A stretch of DNA of 64,000 nt from assembly GCA_003427395.1 (NCBI GenBank), contig BFEA01000015.1, forward strand, positions 6,509,859 to 6,573,858, given 5' to 3'. A model generated the notes under the pieces. The model made no database searches. It was not told where the DNA came from and worked only from the letters and a program-made list of their open reading frames with translations. The translations under genes and the position numbers were made by a program. Shown piece after piece: positions 25,177 to 39,924 of this stretch. This stretch comes from Chara braunii. Taxonomy: Eukaryota > Plantae > Charophyceae. Numbering within the stretch: the stretch's first letter is position 1; each line of letters begins with the position of its first letter.

Positions 25177-27162
25177 ATCAATCAATCAATCAACACATGA
25201 TTGATTGGTTGGAGATTTTAAAATTTTATGGTTTTCTTTTTTTTCGTTTCTAATCAATCAATCAATCATAAAATTTTAAATTTTATGGTTTTCTTTTTTT
25301 TCGTTTCTAACCAACCAATCAATCATATATTGATTGATTGATTGATTGATTGATTTGAAACGGAAAAAAAAAACCCATAAAATTTTAAAATTTCCAACCT
25401 TTTCTTTTTTTTTCCCTGCCTGGGGCATGCAGCCCCCAAAAATTCTGTTTTTTCGTTTTTTTGGGTTTGGGGTGCCCCTGACACCCGCAAAACTTTTCCG
25501 GAGGGTGCCCTGTTTAGGTCCCCGAAAACGTCCGGACGGCCCGTCTGAAGGGGCAGGGGCCCGTCTGAGAGGCTGGTACACACAGTTCAGGAGGTTGTGG
25601 GGTTAAACTTATGGCATATGTTGTTTGAACGACTGGTATGTCTCCCGCGTGGCTCGCTCTTTGTGTCAGTTCAGAACACCGAGAGAGCCAGATATTTTAC
25701 AACAGCATATCTCGTTGGGATGACTGTGTAGCATACTTGCAACTCACAAGCTGCAAGGCTGTGTTGTGTGGTCCGCTGTGTGCTGCGCAACACCTGCCCG
25801 TGCACTGCACCAGCAATAATCTCTGCCTTTTTCTTTTCCTTGCTGTTTTCATAGGTACAGAAGAATGTACTACCTAAGGAACAGATCGTGTTCAAGTACA
25901 GTCACTGGGATCTTTCTTTTTGCCCCATTGGGCACCATAAATAGCCTCAAGTAGGTCTTTGGGACATCAGTCTTGACCGTAAAGTGGTGACATTGCTCCC
26001 CCTATTTTTTCTTTTTTTCTTTTTTTTTCCTGTTTTTCTGTTTTTCTTTCCATGAGGTTTTGAAGGTGGTGCAGGTGCCCGCTTAACCAGGCCTGCGACT
26101 CCTTTTTCTTCTGGGTGCCTATTTCCCCCGTGTGCCGCATGGAATCCGTTGCGCTCGTGCGCCGTACGTGAGGAATTGCGCTTACAAGTATCCTGTGTAG
26201 TCTTTTGATCTCCACGCTGTTTTGGATTTTGGAATTGCGTTATTAGAAATTCAGTAACATGTTTTGGATTTTGGAGAACATATGTGACACGTTTCTGGAA
26301 ATCAGACGTTTCTAGGGGTACAGTACCTGTCTACCAGGCTGTCAAGCTCAGATTGTGATAGAAGTGGAGAGTGGAGTGGGCAGGTGGGAGCATAATGGGG
26401 TGTGTTGAAGTTTCTTTTTTTTCAAAGCAAACACACACTTCTTCTATTGTGGGGGGGTTACTTATCCTCAGCAAGCATGAAAATGGAAAGTTTCCAGAAT
26501 GAAAAAGAAAAGATGGGCCACCGTGTCTATAGAGAGGCATGGGCTGGATAATAGCCATTGTTGATGGAGGAATAGAGGGAGCAGCAAGCAGGAGATCCGT
26601 CAGGTATCAGGCATTTGCTGTTCCAACCCTTCCCCCACGTTACCAGGAGTCCACAGCAGTAGAATCCCTCGCCCTTGGTGCAGCAGTCACAATGTCATAT
26701 CTCTCGCTGAAGTGCCATGTCATCATGTCCCTATCAGTCCTAGAGGTTGCAGCAAGACTACATCAGGGTTCATTGCCGCTGGCATTACCAGCATTGTCAC
26801 CCTTTTTCCATTTTACCAGTTTTCCTGTGCCCAATGGTGGAGACCTATTTTAGGGTCTTATTTATGGGGGGTTAGGTGTGGGTTGACCTATGCATTCAAG
26901 ACTGTGAAGGGAGCGGTGATGTGAGCTACAGAAGGGCATTGGAGTTGTGCTAGATGCAGGGGATGGGGGTGGGGGAAGGTGCGAGTGAAGGGGGGCGGGT
27001 GTGGGGAATTAGTCCTTTGTCCCTTGTATTCCCCGTAATGCGGGTGCTTCTTGGTGCATAACAAGCCGTGTACGTTGTTGGTGAAGTGAACAAGCGGGTG
27101 GGGAAACATGGGGGCTTAGGAGTTTCACAAAAGACTAGCTACCCCCAGGCCTCTCTTCCTCA

Positions 27163-27213
<51 letters not shown>

Positions 27214-29614
27214 TTTGGCTCTCACCCATTCAAGCTCTACAGCTATGGCGTCGGGCCCCATCGCCTACCCTAAAGTTCACTCAACGCGTGACCACACAAG
27301 ACTGCAACAGTGCTTCCGTGACAGACTGGAATGCAAATTGTGTTGTCGCTTGGCTGCAGCAGGACTTTTTCATTTAAACCACCAGTACTTTGGAGGCCCT
27401 CTTCTCCGACCCTCAAAATGCCCTGTTTTCCAAAAAGAAATGAATCGGCGTTGCCTCCTTTTGGCTGGCGCCTCGCCAGCCATTTTGCGTTGGAGAACGA
27501 TCCCTGAAATTTGCGACACGTGCACAAAAACACCCGGCGGCCGTGATCCTGGCTCCTTTTCCGTTCTGGGGAGCGTCAGTACGGTTCTTATTCCCCTTGC
27601 AAGTCTGAGATACAGAAATGACACACACACGCACACTTCTGTTTGGCCGAAAGACCCACCACAGGGCTTTTGTAGTTGCTGCAGCTCCCAATCTTGGACT
27701 TACTGACTGGACCCTTGACTTGCCGGCTGTGGATGTCCATCGACGCATCTGGAAGTTACTGCATTTTCATGGGACTGAGCTGCTGAGACGGACGGGACTG
27801 ACAGGCCTCTTGGATAGACAGACTCACTGGGCCTACTGAATTTCCTCTGCCTGCGGATCTGACAGGCTTACCAGCCTTCTCCGCTTAGCCCAGGGGAGAT
27901 TTACAGCTTACTGGTTGCGTCTGTGGTACATGGGCTTCTGGGACTTGGAGACAGAACTAGGACCTACCTGCTGAGGCAGGTGAAATCCTTGCACAATCGT
28001 TTTTTCAAATGCAACAAGTTTTTCAATGCAGAGGAAAACGAGCTACGACTAGAAGTGAATGTATGGGAGGGGAGGTTGGCGGGCAGGGAGGACCATGATA
28101 GTGTTCATTTTTTTTTTCAGATGCAAGTGGTTTGGAACCACCACTGCCGTTCCTAGGGAACATCGAGAACCAAGAATCTAACTCTCTGGGCTCTTTTGAG
28201 GCTCTGGGCTACCAGACTCCGATGGCTGGCGCCGCCAGNNNNNNNNNNNNNNNNNNNNNNNNNNNNNNNNNNNNNNNNNNNNNNNNNNNNNNNNNNNNNN
28301 NNNNNNNNNNNNNNNNNNNNNNNNNNNNNNNNNNNNNNNNNNNNNNNNNNNNNNNNNNNNNNNNNNNNNNNNNNNNNNNNNNNNNNNNNNNNNNNNNNNN
28401 NNNNNNNNNNNNNNNNNNNNNNNNNNNNNNNNNNNNNNNNNNNNNNNNGAGAACCAAGAATCTAACTCTCTGGGCTCTTTTGAGGCTCTGGGCTACCAGA
28501 CTCCGATGGCTGGCGCCGCCAGACGCGAGTTGAAGAAAAGCTGCATTGGCACTTCGGTGAAGCTTGGTGCGCAGTAAGAATCCTTCTCGGTAGAAAGAGG
28601 CTTGGAGGTAGTGCTGGTGTAAGGCAGAGGGGTAATAGCTTGAACTAAAAGTGGACGCCTGAAAGTGGTGGCTGTATGTTATATTGGATGGTGGGGTATC
28701 CACCTTGGCTCGCCACTGGGGTTATATGTGGCAAGGTTTGTACAGTGAATGGGGATGAGAGGAGATTGAATGTTATATGTGATAGAGGGGTGTCATTCTC
28801 TCCTTTGCCCCCCTCTGTTCCCTGCGACTGTGGGCATGTGGGGGAGGTTTATAAGCAATAGAGGGTTGGTAACATCATTTTCCTTTGTCAAGAATGGTTT
28901 AGAGTTGTGATGGAAAGTGCTTTCTGCCTTTTCCCATTCCCGTGCGGTTGTTTTTCTCAGGGGGTGGGTTGGGGTTGTTGTGCGGGCAACAGAAGGGAGG
29001 ATGTTTTTGTGGTGCAGTTCCGTGGTTTCTTGTGAGGTGACTTGCTGCTGATTATTCGTAGGGGCTCTCTAATACTATCCTTCTACCTCCCTTGTGCACT
29101 GTCCACTTTTCATCTCACACAGGCTGTCTGGATCGGCCACAGCATCTGGATGGTCCAAGGGGCTGCTGGATGTCATGCTTGGCAACATACGCGCCCTATG
29201 GAGCCCTATCAGAACAGCTGTCGTATAGGATGTTTGCATTTGCCCTCGGAATTGTTTAGGTGCCAATATGTTCCTTCAAGTTTTGCTCAATGGCAGAGCC
29301 ATCCTTTAGTCAGGCTTTGAACATATGTCAAACCTGGGGGATAAATGGGAGCACGACAGGGGCGAACCCAAAAGAAACACGAAAAGTTACCCCCCAAGCC
29401 AGTGATCCTAGTCCAAGCAGTCCTGGAGCGTGGTTGTGACGGAGGAGGGGGGCTTGAGTGTACAGCTTTACTCGTCACAAGTGAGGCATGTAAGGGCCTC
29501 GGTCCACTACTCACCACATGCTCAAAAGACAACAAATATGGCGGTATATCTTGCAATGTTCTAGTGGAAGATTCGTTATCATTACGGACATGTGATGAGC
29601 AGTGGAGTAAGGCC

Positions 29615-30770
29615 CTTTTTTTTTTTTTTTTTTTTTTTTACGAAATGAGTTCGAGCCATATCAGAAAACAATCAGAGCAACTGAGAGAGGTGCCTGCCAG
29701 CATTGATTACCCTGGAGTTCAGGGGATTGACTGAGCAGGAAGGAGAGGAATCTCTTCACCCTGAACCCGGCGCCNGATCATGCTGCTGTTTGCTAATTCC
29801 TCCCTTCCTCTACTAGCCCCTGAGAACTTCAATTCCATATGTCCCATTTTGGTCTGAATACCACCTGTTTACTCAAACCCCTCTACTGCAGGCTATTCTA
29901 GTCTAAATGCCACCTTTTTACTCTAACCCAATCCCCCTGCGGGAACTCCGTGTGCCGCCCCTCATCAAGGACCACTCCTAGCTCCCTGCAGAGACCACTC
30001 CATACCACATACTGTCCACTAGGCAATTAGCCGGGGGAGGAAAGAAGTCAGGGAAATATTCCAGGGGTTTCAGAGGGATTGCAGGGTTCAGGGAAATATT
30101 CCGGGGGTTTCAGAGGGATTGCAGGGTCCACTTTGGTCCATTCATTGAAGCGTAGTTGGTAGTCCCTTATAATCCCCGTTTGTTGGACCCCCCTTGATGC
30201 TGTGCTCTCTGTGGGATCTCCCTTCCACTCCACCTTACCTATCCTTCCTCCGTTCGCATCCCCAAGCCAGTTTGAGCTGAAGTTCTGAATTTGTTTTTTA
30301 ATGTCTCTTGGTTCTGTAAGGAGTTGGATTCGTGCCTTGAGTTCATGCCACCTGGCAGTTATTTCTGTCTGGATCTGTAGCTGGACACTCTCTATGAAGT
30401 CGGGGCCTTCTAGTCGTGCCCCTTCCATTTCAAAGGTGCAGCGCCGTCCCCAGAGGATCGCCCGCCGTCCCACCCTAAGCATGTTATCTGTGAACTCGTG
30501 CTTTTGCTCAGTCATACTCTCGGGCCAGGTTTCGCATAGCAGCGCCTTCCAATCCCATGGCCATTCGACTTTTGTCCCGAGCTGACCCCACACTCCTAAC
30601 TCATGAGCTTTGAGAAGTACTATACTTCGGTAGCCAGAGCATAAGGGGCTTGCGAATGGGGCCTGCCCATGCAAGGCTATTCAAATATCACGTACCATAT
30701 GGGGTATGCTATATTGGAGGTATAGGTGCCAAGGTTCTCCAAGAAGCTATCCCGCCCCACCACCTCCACC
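29615..30770 (-). mobile_element. 5'-truncated LINE (L1-like ORF2 C-terminus, 3' UTR, poly-A)
   Basis: The Trp-rich minus-strand ORF 30048..30674 resembles the region after the ORF2 zinc finger (LWGRRC..., F...W). The T run at 29615-29639 reads as a poly-A tail on the minus strand. Confidence 0.55.
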
Positions 30771-31341
30771 AGAAAAAGAAGGAAAAAGAGGAAAAAGAGG
30801 GCTGGGCTCTCTACTTTAGAGCCTCGTCAAGTAGAGTCTGTCGACTCTATTCGTGTATAAGGTACTGCATGGTCATATGCAACGTACGTATGTTATATGT
30901 TTAAACGTTAAATTTGACCGCACACTGAATTCGAACGCTTGTGTTCCACAGACGTAATTCGAGGAGTTTCCTCGAAGGAAGTTGGGGCTCTACTGCGGAA
31001 ACGAAAATTAGTTGTTTCCGGCAGCAGTTGGTGCTTGCCTTGGACAGAGAAAAAAGAAAAAAAGAAAAAAAAGAACTTTTCAAAGAAGTCGCGATCTACT
31101 CAAAAACTACTTTCCCTAAAGTAAACAGATGGGAGCCCTGTCTTGTTTCTCAAGAGTTCTTTTGAGGTCCGACGTAGCAGTGCGCAAGCTGCACCATCCC
31201 ATCTGATCGTGCGGCCGAGAAGACGGCGGTGGCACAACTGTTTTTTTGAACGTGTAATGGAATTTGTGTGCCGCAGAAGCCTAATTTTCGGTACTGAGTT
31301 TTAAAAATCACTTTTTTAAAGGGAAAGTTTAATACGATGTG

Positions 31342-31574
31342 CGTATGTTATATTGGGGGAAAGTCAAATTCTTAAAAACGCTTTTTCAAGGGAAAGTTTG
31401 ATATAATGCACATATATGTACGTATGTTATATTGGGGGAAAGTCAAATTCTTAAAAACGCTTTTTCAAGGGAAAGTTTGATATAATGCACATATATGTAC
31501 GTGTGTTATATTGGGGGAAAGTCAAATTCTTAAAAACGCTTTTTCAAGGGGAAGTTTGATATAATGCACATATA
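31342..31574. repeat. Tandem repeat, 79 bp x3
   Basis: Units start at 31342, 31421 and 31500 (cgtatgttatattgggggaaagtcaaattc...). Confidence 0.92.
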
Positions 31575-32379
31575 TTATATTAGGGGCACGTTGGTAGGGG
31601 AAGTCCTGGACATGTGAGGTGGAACGTTTCTAAAACAAAGGAAAGCAATGCCTATGCGAATGTGGGTCATGCATTTATAGTCATCTGGAGTTAAACTACT
31701 AGTACTTGGCCCATACACCGGCTGTGGGAAAAAATAGAGTAGAAGCGTTTCTAGTCGGACGAATTGGGGCACTTCCGTGGTGACCTGTTCATTCATCATT
31801 GTCGCGGCTGGTAACGTGACGTGACTTTCGGAGGTACTGGTGGTCTGAACTAGCGTGTCCCCCACGCCCAGCCCCCCAAAAAAGTAGTCGTGCATGATGT
31901 TCAGCCTAACGGACAAGCGTGAAAGGTTCATGACTTGGTAGGCTTGACCTTTGGAGCTGGGCAGGACAAGGTTGTACTGATTGCACGAGTGGTTCAAACC
32001 ACCTGTTTGTTTCCCAGCTATATTGTTCTGCTGTGGCGCTTTAACAGACCTAAAAAGTTGCGGATCAGGCCTCCCAGAAGGACAAGTGTGGTGGCTTGTT
32101 TATTTGTTAGGGTTTGGTAGCAGAGCGAAGTACTTGACCCGTATCTTATTTGTTAGGCTTTGGCAGCAGAGCGGGTTGTTTATTTGCTAGGGTTTGGCAG
32201 CAGAACGGATCAGGCCTCCCGGAAGGACAAGCGTGGTGGCCATTCCACGGTCATGCCGGCTTGTTTATTTGTTAGGGTTTGGCAGCAGAGCGGGTTGGAA
32301 AAAAGAGGACTGCACAGACTGGTGTAATCCGCCATTTCTAAAGCGCTGAATGCCCTTAACTGTTATTTTCAGTTGTGCA

Positions 32380-32463
<84 letters not shown>

Positions 32464-33983
32464 TGGAAATGGGGTGAGGTTGGGGGCAGTCTGCGGGTAA
32501 ATGAACCCATAAATACAAATAAAGTTTAATAAACTGCTTGCCTCAGCGGCGATGGATTTCAACTAGTTGTATGTGTCTGCTTGCCTCAGCAGCGACGGAT
32601 ATCAACCAGTTGTATGTGTGTTGGTTTGAAGGGTAGACGATGTTTTGTGTTGCCCAAGGAGTCAGCTCTTCGTGTGGTGATTCATATCACCATTTTCCTG
32701 CTAGATGCCTTGGGCAGCTAGCATTTCCCGAGCCATGCAGGAGGGTTATAGTCGGTAATTTTGTGGATAGCCTGATTCTCCAGACTGCCTTTCGTGGCCC
32801 ATGAAAACCATGGGCTAGCTCTACGAAGTCCAAGGAGACGCATTGCTTTTCACTGGTTACAATGGTGCACACAGGGCATACATCCTGCATTGGTAAGGTT
32901 GGATGAATCTTGTGCTGATTATCATAGACAAGTTGTAGTGATGCTCTCAACAATTGCACACTTGCCATCCACTAGGGCTTGGGGACTATCTGGTTTCTGC
33001 AGATGTGTAGAACCCCGCCCGATTCTTGACGAGTGTGTCAGTGGTTTCCAAATGTAGGTGCTTTTTGGGTTAGTCCACCATGAGTCGTCTGACTTCCATA
33101 GATAGGTAAGTGAAAAAGCATGTTGAATTTTGCAAGTATAAAGTATTGGCTTGAATGTTGTCGGTGGTTGTTTTTGTCATCTTGCTCTAATAGAATAAAT
33201 AGGAAATAAACTCCATAAGGCTATTGTTACTTGCTGCGCCTGCAACAGGCTGCACGGGCCATTTCCAGGGCCGTGACGTTTTCAGGCCAAAAGCCTGAAC
33301 AATGGCCTACAGGCCCTGTGTCGTTTCAGCCTGAAAGCCTGAAAACAAGGGCTTATATGCCCTGTGTCGTTTCAGGCTAAATGAGGGCCTTTCCGGCCCT
33401 GAGTGTTTTCAGCACTGAGGGCCATTTCCGGGCCCTCATGAGTTCGGTCTGCCCCAAAACTCAGGCACCAAACCAGGGTTTTAGCTCAGGCCATTTTTAA
33501 CCTATTTTCAAGACAACCTTCGTTTGAGATTCAACCCCAGGGTCTGGCACGTTTTGGCATTGGCAAGAGCAGCCCCTTGGACGGGCCCGTACTATAAAGG
33601 ACTGGCCCGCCCTGCAGGCTGCTGGTAGTTCCTAGGTACTTCCCAGGCACTTCATGTGCAGTTCAGGAGGCAGGAGGTAGTCTTCAGGATTCGGCAGCAG
33701 CACTCTGGAGGAGCGCTGCAGGACTAGTAGTAGCGCTAGCAGTAGTCTTCAGCGCTGGGCGCTTTGTAGCATTACTAGAGAGAGAGAGATTGGGCGGGGA
33801 GGCCAGGGAGACTTGTGTGCAGCACCATTGCTCCAGCTCGTCTTCGAGGTACCTGCAGCACAGCGCCATCTTCACAGGTTAGTACCTGGCATATGAGAGA
33901 GAAAGAGAGTTCTTCTTCTTCCTCTTCTCAGTCCACCATCTCCCTCTCACCCTCTCGGTATCTGACTTCACTGCATCAGCAGA

Positions 33984-34025
<42 letters not shown>

Positions 34026-35620
34026 TGACATTTGGATCCAGACTCGAGATTGGACTTCAGACATTTTGACGAGGGATTATTTGGGACTTGTAACGAGACT
34101 TGGTGTTGACGACTTTCCCATCTCTCCCCTCCTCTTCTCCGTCTGATCCTCTCCTCTTCGTCTGTGCATGAGATGGACCTGGCGCCTCTGATCCTCTCCT
34201 CTTTGTCTGTGCATGAAATGGATCTGGCGCCTCTTCCTGTGTATAGCGCCAGGCTCCCTTCAATTGTGTGGTGAGAATGACGTATGTTTGGTCTGCGTTG
34301 TAACATTGATTGGGTTAGTCATTAGTATTCTAGTATTCTGCTGCGCTATCTTGTACTACGTGCGAGAGGTCAGTCCCGGTCAGGTCAGAACTAGTATCTA
34401 AGTCTTCCACTGCGCTGTAAAGCACCATTTTGTATGTATCAGAATGTACACTGCTCATTGAGATTTCACTTGCACTGCATTGTCCATTCAGTACTTTTCA
34501 TCACATTGCAGATCCTTGGGTATTATGTACATCGCCCAACTGGGCATGTAACAGCTATGCTGTTCAGGTTGGATCTTACCATTATGATTGTAGAACCTTG
34601 ATGTGGCAGCATTACCTATGGGGAATGCTCCACGTTTTCCTGTGGGTAACAAGCGCGTTTTTTAGGAGGAATGTGGCTGGGACTGGTGGTTTAAAACATA
34701 GTTGCGCACAATAATATCTGCCATTAATGACATCCCTGCCCTCTGGGGTGTATGTTTTTGAACTGTTTTCTCTTCAGGTGTTTCCAAAATTTGGTAGTTT
34801 GGAATGTCTTGCTTCGACTGGTTCCTTTCCTCTTGCTGTGTTTTGAAGATTTACTAGCTGGAATCTGTTGCTTTGCAGTCGGCAGTATTGACTGGTCCCT
34901 TTCCACCTATGAATTCACTGCTCGAATTAGGATTATTATTATATCTTGCCGATGTCCGTGAACTTACAGGCCAGCACGGGGTTGAAACAATCTTTTTGTA
35001 GGTAGAGCTTTGGAAATGAGGTCTTTGAGCTTTGGAAAATGAAGTGCTCTGGCTGTTGGATCTGATTCTGGGTCTTAACCGCCAGTCCCTTGGAGCCTCC
35101 CAGCCCCACCTGGATTGCTGCTGTGGGCCAAATTCAAACTAACCAACCTGCGCGCAAAGTGTTTTCTTTCTGCCTGATGCAGCCAGCTATTTTGATCTGG
35201 TATGCCGAGCCCTTGCCAGCGTGGCAGATTAACTATGGAAACAAAATAGCTGGGAAATGGACATGTGGTATATTTGAACCACAAGTACACGGCCCCAGCC
35301 TTTCAGTCCGAAACTCGTCGCCACGAGAAAACGAGGCCGAAACATCAAACGCTGAGTCCGCCGTTTATAAATTCAATCGGCAGTTGCGTTTTCGTGTCGT
35401 GCCTCCAGAATTTTGAGGTGTCAGGCCTGCGGCCTAGGTGTCCATGTACTCGTGCTTTGAGGACTTCTACACCAACTCTCGTTTGAAATAGTCTGCTTGT
35501 AGAGCTTTGAAATTATGAAGTGTCCTGGCCGCTGGATTTGGCTTCACCTCCTGATGCTGGGGTAACTGCCAACCTATGCTTCAGGGTGCCTATTTGAAGA
35601 TGCAGGGCCGAGGTTCTGTT

Positions 35621-35752
35621 TAGTCTTGGCTCCAATAACGCTTGTAAGATTGTGGGAGGTGGTCCTGTTGTTCCATACTCCTTTTGTAGTCTTGGCTCCA
35701 ATAACGCTTGTAAGATTGTGGGAGATGGTCCTGTTGTTCCATGCTCCTTTTG
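35621..35752. repeat. Tandem duplication, 66 bp x2
   Basis: tagtcttggctccaataacgcttgtaag... at 35621 and 35687. Confidence 0.9.
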
Positions 35753-38566
35753 CAGGAAAGAAAAAGGACTTCGGGAAAGAGTGATGCTTTAGCTATACCG
35801 AACTCTGCATGTGTATCTGACGTCCATGCTGCTGTCTTCTAATCCGGTGTGTTTTATGATGAGAGGATAGCACGATTCCATTTGATTGTGCTTGCTTGTG
35901 AAAAGGAGACTGGAGCGGCTGTTGGCCTTTGGGTGGGGAAAGGGTTACAACAGTACAATGCTTTATAAGGATGAGGAAGGGGAAGACAGGCGGTTTCGTG
36001 TGGGTGGGTGCATGTGTGCACGTGTTTGTTTGTGTGTGTATGTCTGTGCGAACACACGTTAAAGTGTGTTTTCAGGTGTTCCCTGGCCCGTGGTGAGAGG
36101 AGAGGGGGAGGTACGATGGCTGTAGTATGGTGACCGGGTGGAGGAAGAGTAGTGACAATAGGAAGCGCATTGGAAAAAGGGAGGTGTAGGATGAATAAAG
36201 GGGTGAGAGGCAGCGGAGCAGGCAGACCAGCAGGGTGAGCAGGCAGTTTTGAGGTAGAATGGAATGGCAAAGAGTGTTATGGGGTATTGCGAAAAGATGT
36301 TAATGACTAAATGGGTAACAATTAACATTAGATGTAGGAGGATATGGTGATGGTGAGAGTTTCGAAGAGGGGAGTAGAAAGAGCACGGTAAAAAAAGGAA
36401 GGTGTAGGCTTAAAAAGCAGGGTAAGAATCATGGGCTGAAGAAAAGGAGGGAGAGTAAAAAGGAGGGATATGATAAATAAGGGATGACCGTTAGGGATGG
36501 GGAAGGCTGATGAACAGGGGTAAGAGCAGTGGAAACGGTCAGTCCAGCAGGATGAACCAGCCTTCCACTGTGGATTAATCATTCACATACAGACGGGGAA
36601 GTAGGCAGACCACCAGCGGGTTGAGCCAGCCTCTCTCTGGGGGAAGGAGTGTAGAAATGGTAACACATATTGGAGAAAAGTGGATCAGGCATCGTAGCAA
36701 GAATGTGACGAAATGGATGGATCAGGCTAAGGACTAAGAATTGCAGTCGGTGCCCTCAAATTATTAAAAACAATAGAAAGCGAGCATTTTGTTTACATTC
36801 GAGAGCTAGCATTTTGTTTTATATGAGGTGGGTGTATTTATGAGATGAGGAATGATGAAGAGCTCGTATGTGGATCTAATAAGCTGGGAGAATTAGCCTA
36901 GCCTTGTGTAGTCTGCTCAAATCTTGGCCTTTTTAGGAGCAATAAGGAATTATATCTTGTTCTCTATCTGTTCCCACACAAAAGATTTCATCTCGTTCTC
37001 TCTATGTTCCCACGTGATAGATTTCCATCTTGTTCTCTCTCGGTTCACGAGCGATACTGTCTCGGTTTGCGAGCGATAGCTGTTTACCGACCTCCTATCA
37101 ACACCGCCATTCATGAATGTTTGCAGGTCTGTGAGAAAGCAATTTGCTCACCACCTTGAAATGCCACAACTGAGAGCATTGGTGGTTTCTCTAGCATCTT
37201 ACCTTACGGGCAATGGCCTTTTATTGGATCTTTGGCAGCAGCAATTCAGTCTGCGAATTGGTTGACTATTGCAAGAGTCCCTCCTTGCAGTGTAAGCACA
37301 TTCAGAATCGATAGTAGGGCTTCCCAGAAAGGTCAGGAACCTTGCAAGTTAGAAAACCCGCTGCTTGGGTTTCTTTTCTGGACTTGGGGATCTGAATGGT
37401 ATGTCCTTCTTGCAGTCAAGTAAAGCAGACCATACCAGTGTTAGCTGCAGCACGTCATTACGGTCCGAGCAGAATGAGAACCAGTAATATCCAACTATTT
37501 GAATCTGCAGTTCGGAGAATTAAAGGCCCTTTTGTAAATTTTGGATAGCCTGGTACTTGGGTATTGCTTGTCTGAACTCCAGGCCTCTCTGGCCTGTTGA
37601 GCTCTTGGTCCTTTGCGTACAGAAACGAAATCTTTTCAGAAGATTGAGATCACGTATCATCCTGGGAAGCTCTTACAATTGCCACACTTGTTCCATTTTA
37701 GTGGGCATTTGTCGTTGCCTTTTCATAATTTTCTGCTGTTTATTTATTTGTTTGTTTGTTTACCCCCATTCAGAAAAGAATTCTCGTGGCTTTTCTTGGC
37801 ACATTGCCAATTCTCTTCTATGCAGGCCCTATGATACCAATGACAGGTATGAGTCTGCCTCCGAAAGGCTAGAAGTGTGGATGTGCGAATGTTTAACCAC
37901 ATATAAGGGGACGGATATCCTCCGCTCTTCCTTGGTTTGTACCCCTCATGAATTTTCCGACTTCGGTTGCCGGTCCCTTCTGTAATAATCCACAGGCCGG
38001 CGAATATTGCAGCACTGAGGTTTCCACGAATGTCGAGCCCTTGTGGGACTGGGCCTGCAGGTTGGTACCACCTGGGTTCATGCGCAACAGTGGGTTTTGA
38101 GGAGGGAGTTGTCCTCCAACAACTGGCTGCAATGGTCTAGCTTTCATCAGATAGCGCTTGAAGGATGTTCACGTTGACGTGGCAACGATAGAAGCAAAGC
38201 ATACAGACGATGTCTGCGGCAATTGTGCGAATCTTTGAACCGGTGATGGTGAGAAGCCCCTGGAGGACCAAAGATTGTCTCACTTTTTCTTTTTTTCTCT
38301 CCCTTTGTTGTTGTTTTGTTTCATTTTGAGCAACGGTTGTTGTTTCCTTTTCTACCCCTTCCTTCCCTCTATGTTGCACCCCCCCCAAAGCCTGAAAATA
38401 TCGTTCACTAGAACGCTATAAAGAGCTAAGCACTGAACGTCCTGGAGAAAAAAAGGTGATCTTGTTAACATTGCCTGAGGCCAACCATGGATGGTGTTCA
38501 GTCTTAATCGCTGTCAGTGTGATGCCTGGTTTTCATATTCTTTGTGCTTTATGGGAGCACAGGCGG

Positions 38567-39034
38567 CTGAATGGTACACCCATATAACTGTTGATAACCA
38601 GACCTGAGTTTGGAATAAAACATCTGAAATGGCCTGGGGCCGGTCAGTTCAATGGGGGGACTGCCACTCTTTTCTTTGTTAAAAAAATGGGGGATACTGT
38701 CAGGTTGTTTGAATAGCTATTGCTCGTCTTAGTACTCGGAAGCCGTGTACTCACTTGTGAGTACCTAGCATAGATGATACCCACTTTGCTGAATGGTACA
38801 CCCGTATAACTGTTTATAAACAGATCTGAGTTTGGAACCCTGACGGAATCAACTGAGTAAAACATCTAAGATGGCCTGGGGCCGGTCAGCTCAATGGGAC
38901 CGTCACTCTTTTCTTCGTTAAAAAAGGGGGGGATACTGTCAGGTTGTTTGAATAGCTATTGCTCGTTTGAGTTCTAGTACTTGCAAACCATTTTACTCGC
39001 TTGTGAGTACCTAGTGTAGATGATACCCACTTTG
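38567..39034. repeat. Diverged tandem duplication of about 230 bp with SINE-like heads
   Basis: gctgaatggtacaccc.tataactgtt...gatgatacccactttgc occurs twice. Confidence 0.8.
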
Positions 39035-39665
39035 CGGATAGGCATTTCAGCCGGATCTGGAACGTTGGAAACTAGAATTGCCACTGTGATGTGCAGGGTG
39101 TTGGGTAGTGTATGCCCCAGTAGTATGCGAAGTACATATGGCCTCGTTTGGCAAGCACCGGGTGTCCATGGGCCGCAGTTGGAGATTCAGGAAAATACCA
39201 CAATTCTGGGAAATAGTCATAGGGCATTGGGGGAAACAAATTCTGAGCTCCTAAGGTAAAAAAAAGCTTCATGTAAGTATCCATCTTCATGGGAAGACTT
39301 CCCTAGAAAAACAACTGTTGGGATTGATTGTGCGATATTTCTACCGATAATATTTGAGATCTCCTTCAGGTGCCTTGGTATGGTCGTATGACCCTCAAAT
39401 TTAACACACATGGGGCAATGCAGGCCAGGTTGAAGTAGTGTATGGTGAAGGGGTGGTTGCAGGGGGGAGAGGGAGGGAGCACAGGAAGGTTGGGAACCTG
39501 TCGGAAAAGCCGAAGGTTTCTTTTCATAGGCATTGTGAACCAATGCTGTGAACCCCGTAGGACCAGGGGCCACTCCCCCAAACAAAATCGGACCGGTCCT
39601 ACCGGCCGGTTGACCAGGCTGGTCCCCTCTGGTCGGCCATATCGCATCTTTTATTATTATTATTA

Positions 39666-39880
39666 CAAGTGGACCTGCCGCAGCTACGCTGCGGCGTTGG
39701 ACGATGACAAAAACACCATCAGTTGGATATCATCTTTGCTATGTACCCCTACCAGAAGCCGCCCAACTTTGCAAAAGGCCAAGCGAATTTGCACACCCAC
39801 CTGACAGGGGCATAAGACAAACTTGCCAGCCGAAAAGGCCATTACCACTTCCCCCCCGAAAGGATTCTCTCTCTCTCTCG

Positions 39881-39924
<44 letters not shown>

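Noticed and set aside
27068-27706. 212-aa ORF
   Set aside because: It runs through (CT)n and a TTAA-family repeat; no domain recognised.
28165-28522. Direct repeat of about 70 bp (also the duplication at 11454-11730)
   Set aside because: Identical or near-identical copies flank an N gap; probably unmerged contig overlap.
31342-31574. CRISPR-like array (also 44330-44470)
   Set aside because: Whole-unit tandem repeats without unique spacers, eukaryotic context, no cas genes.
33560-34305. Solo LTR (TATAAA at about 33593, TGTAACA end)
   Set aside because: No matching TG start or TSD could be identified.
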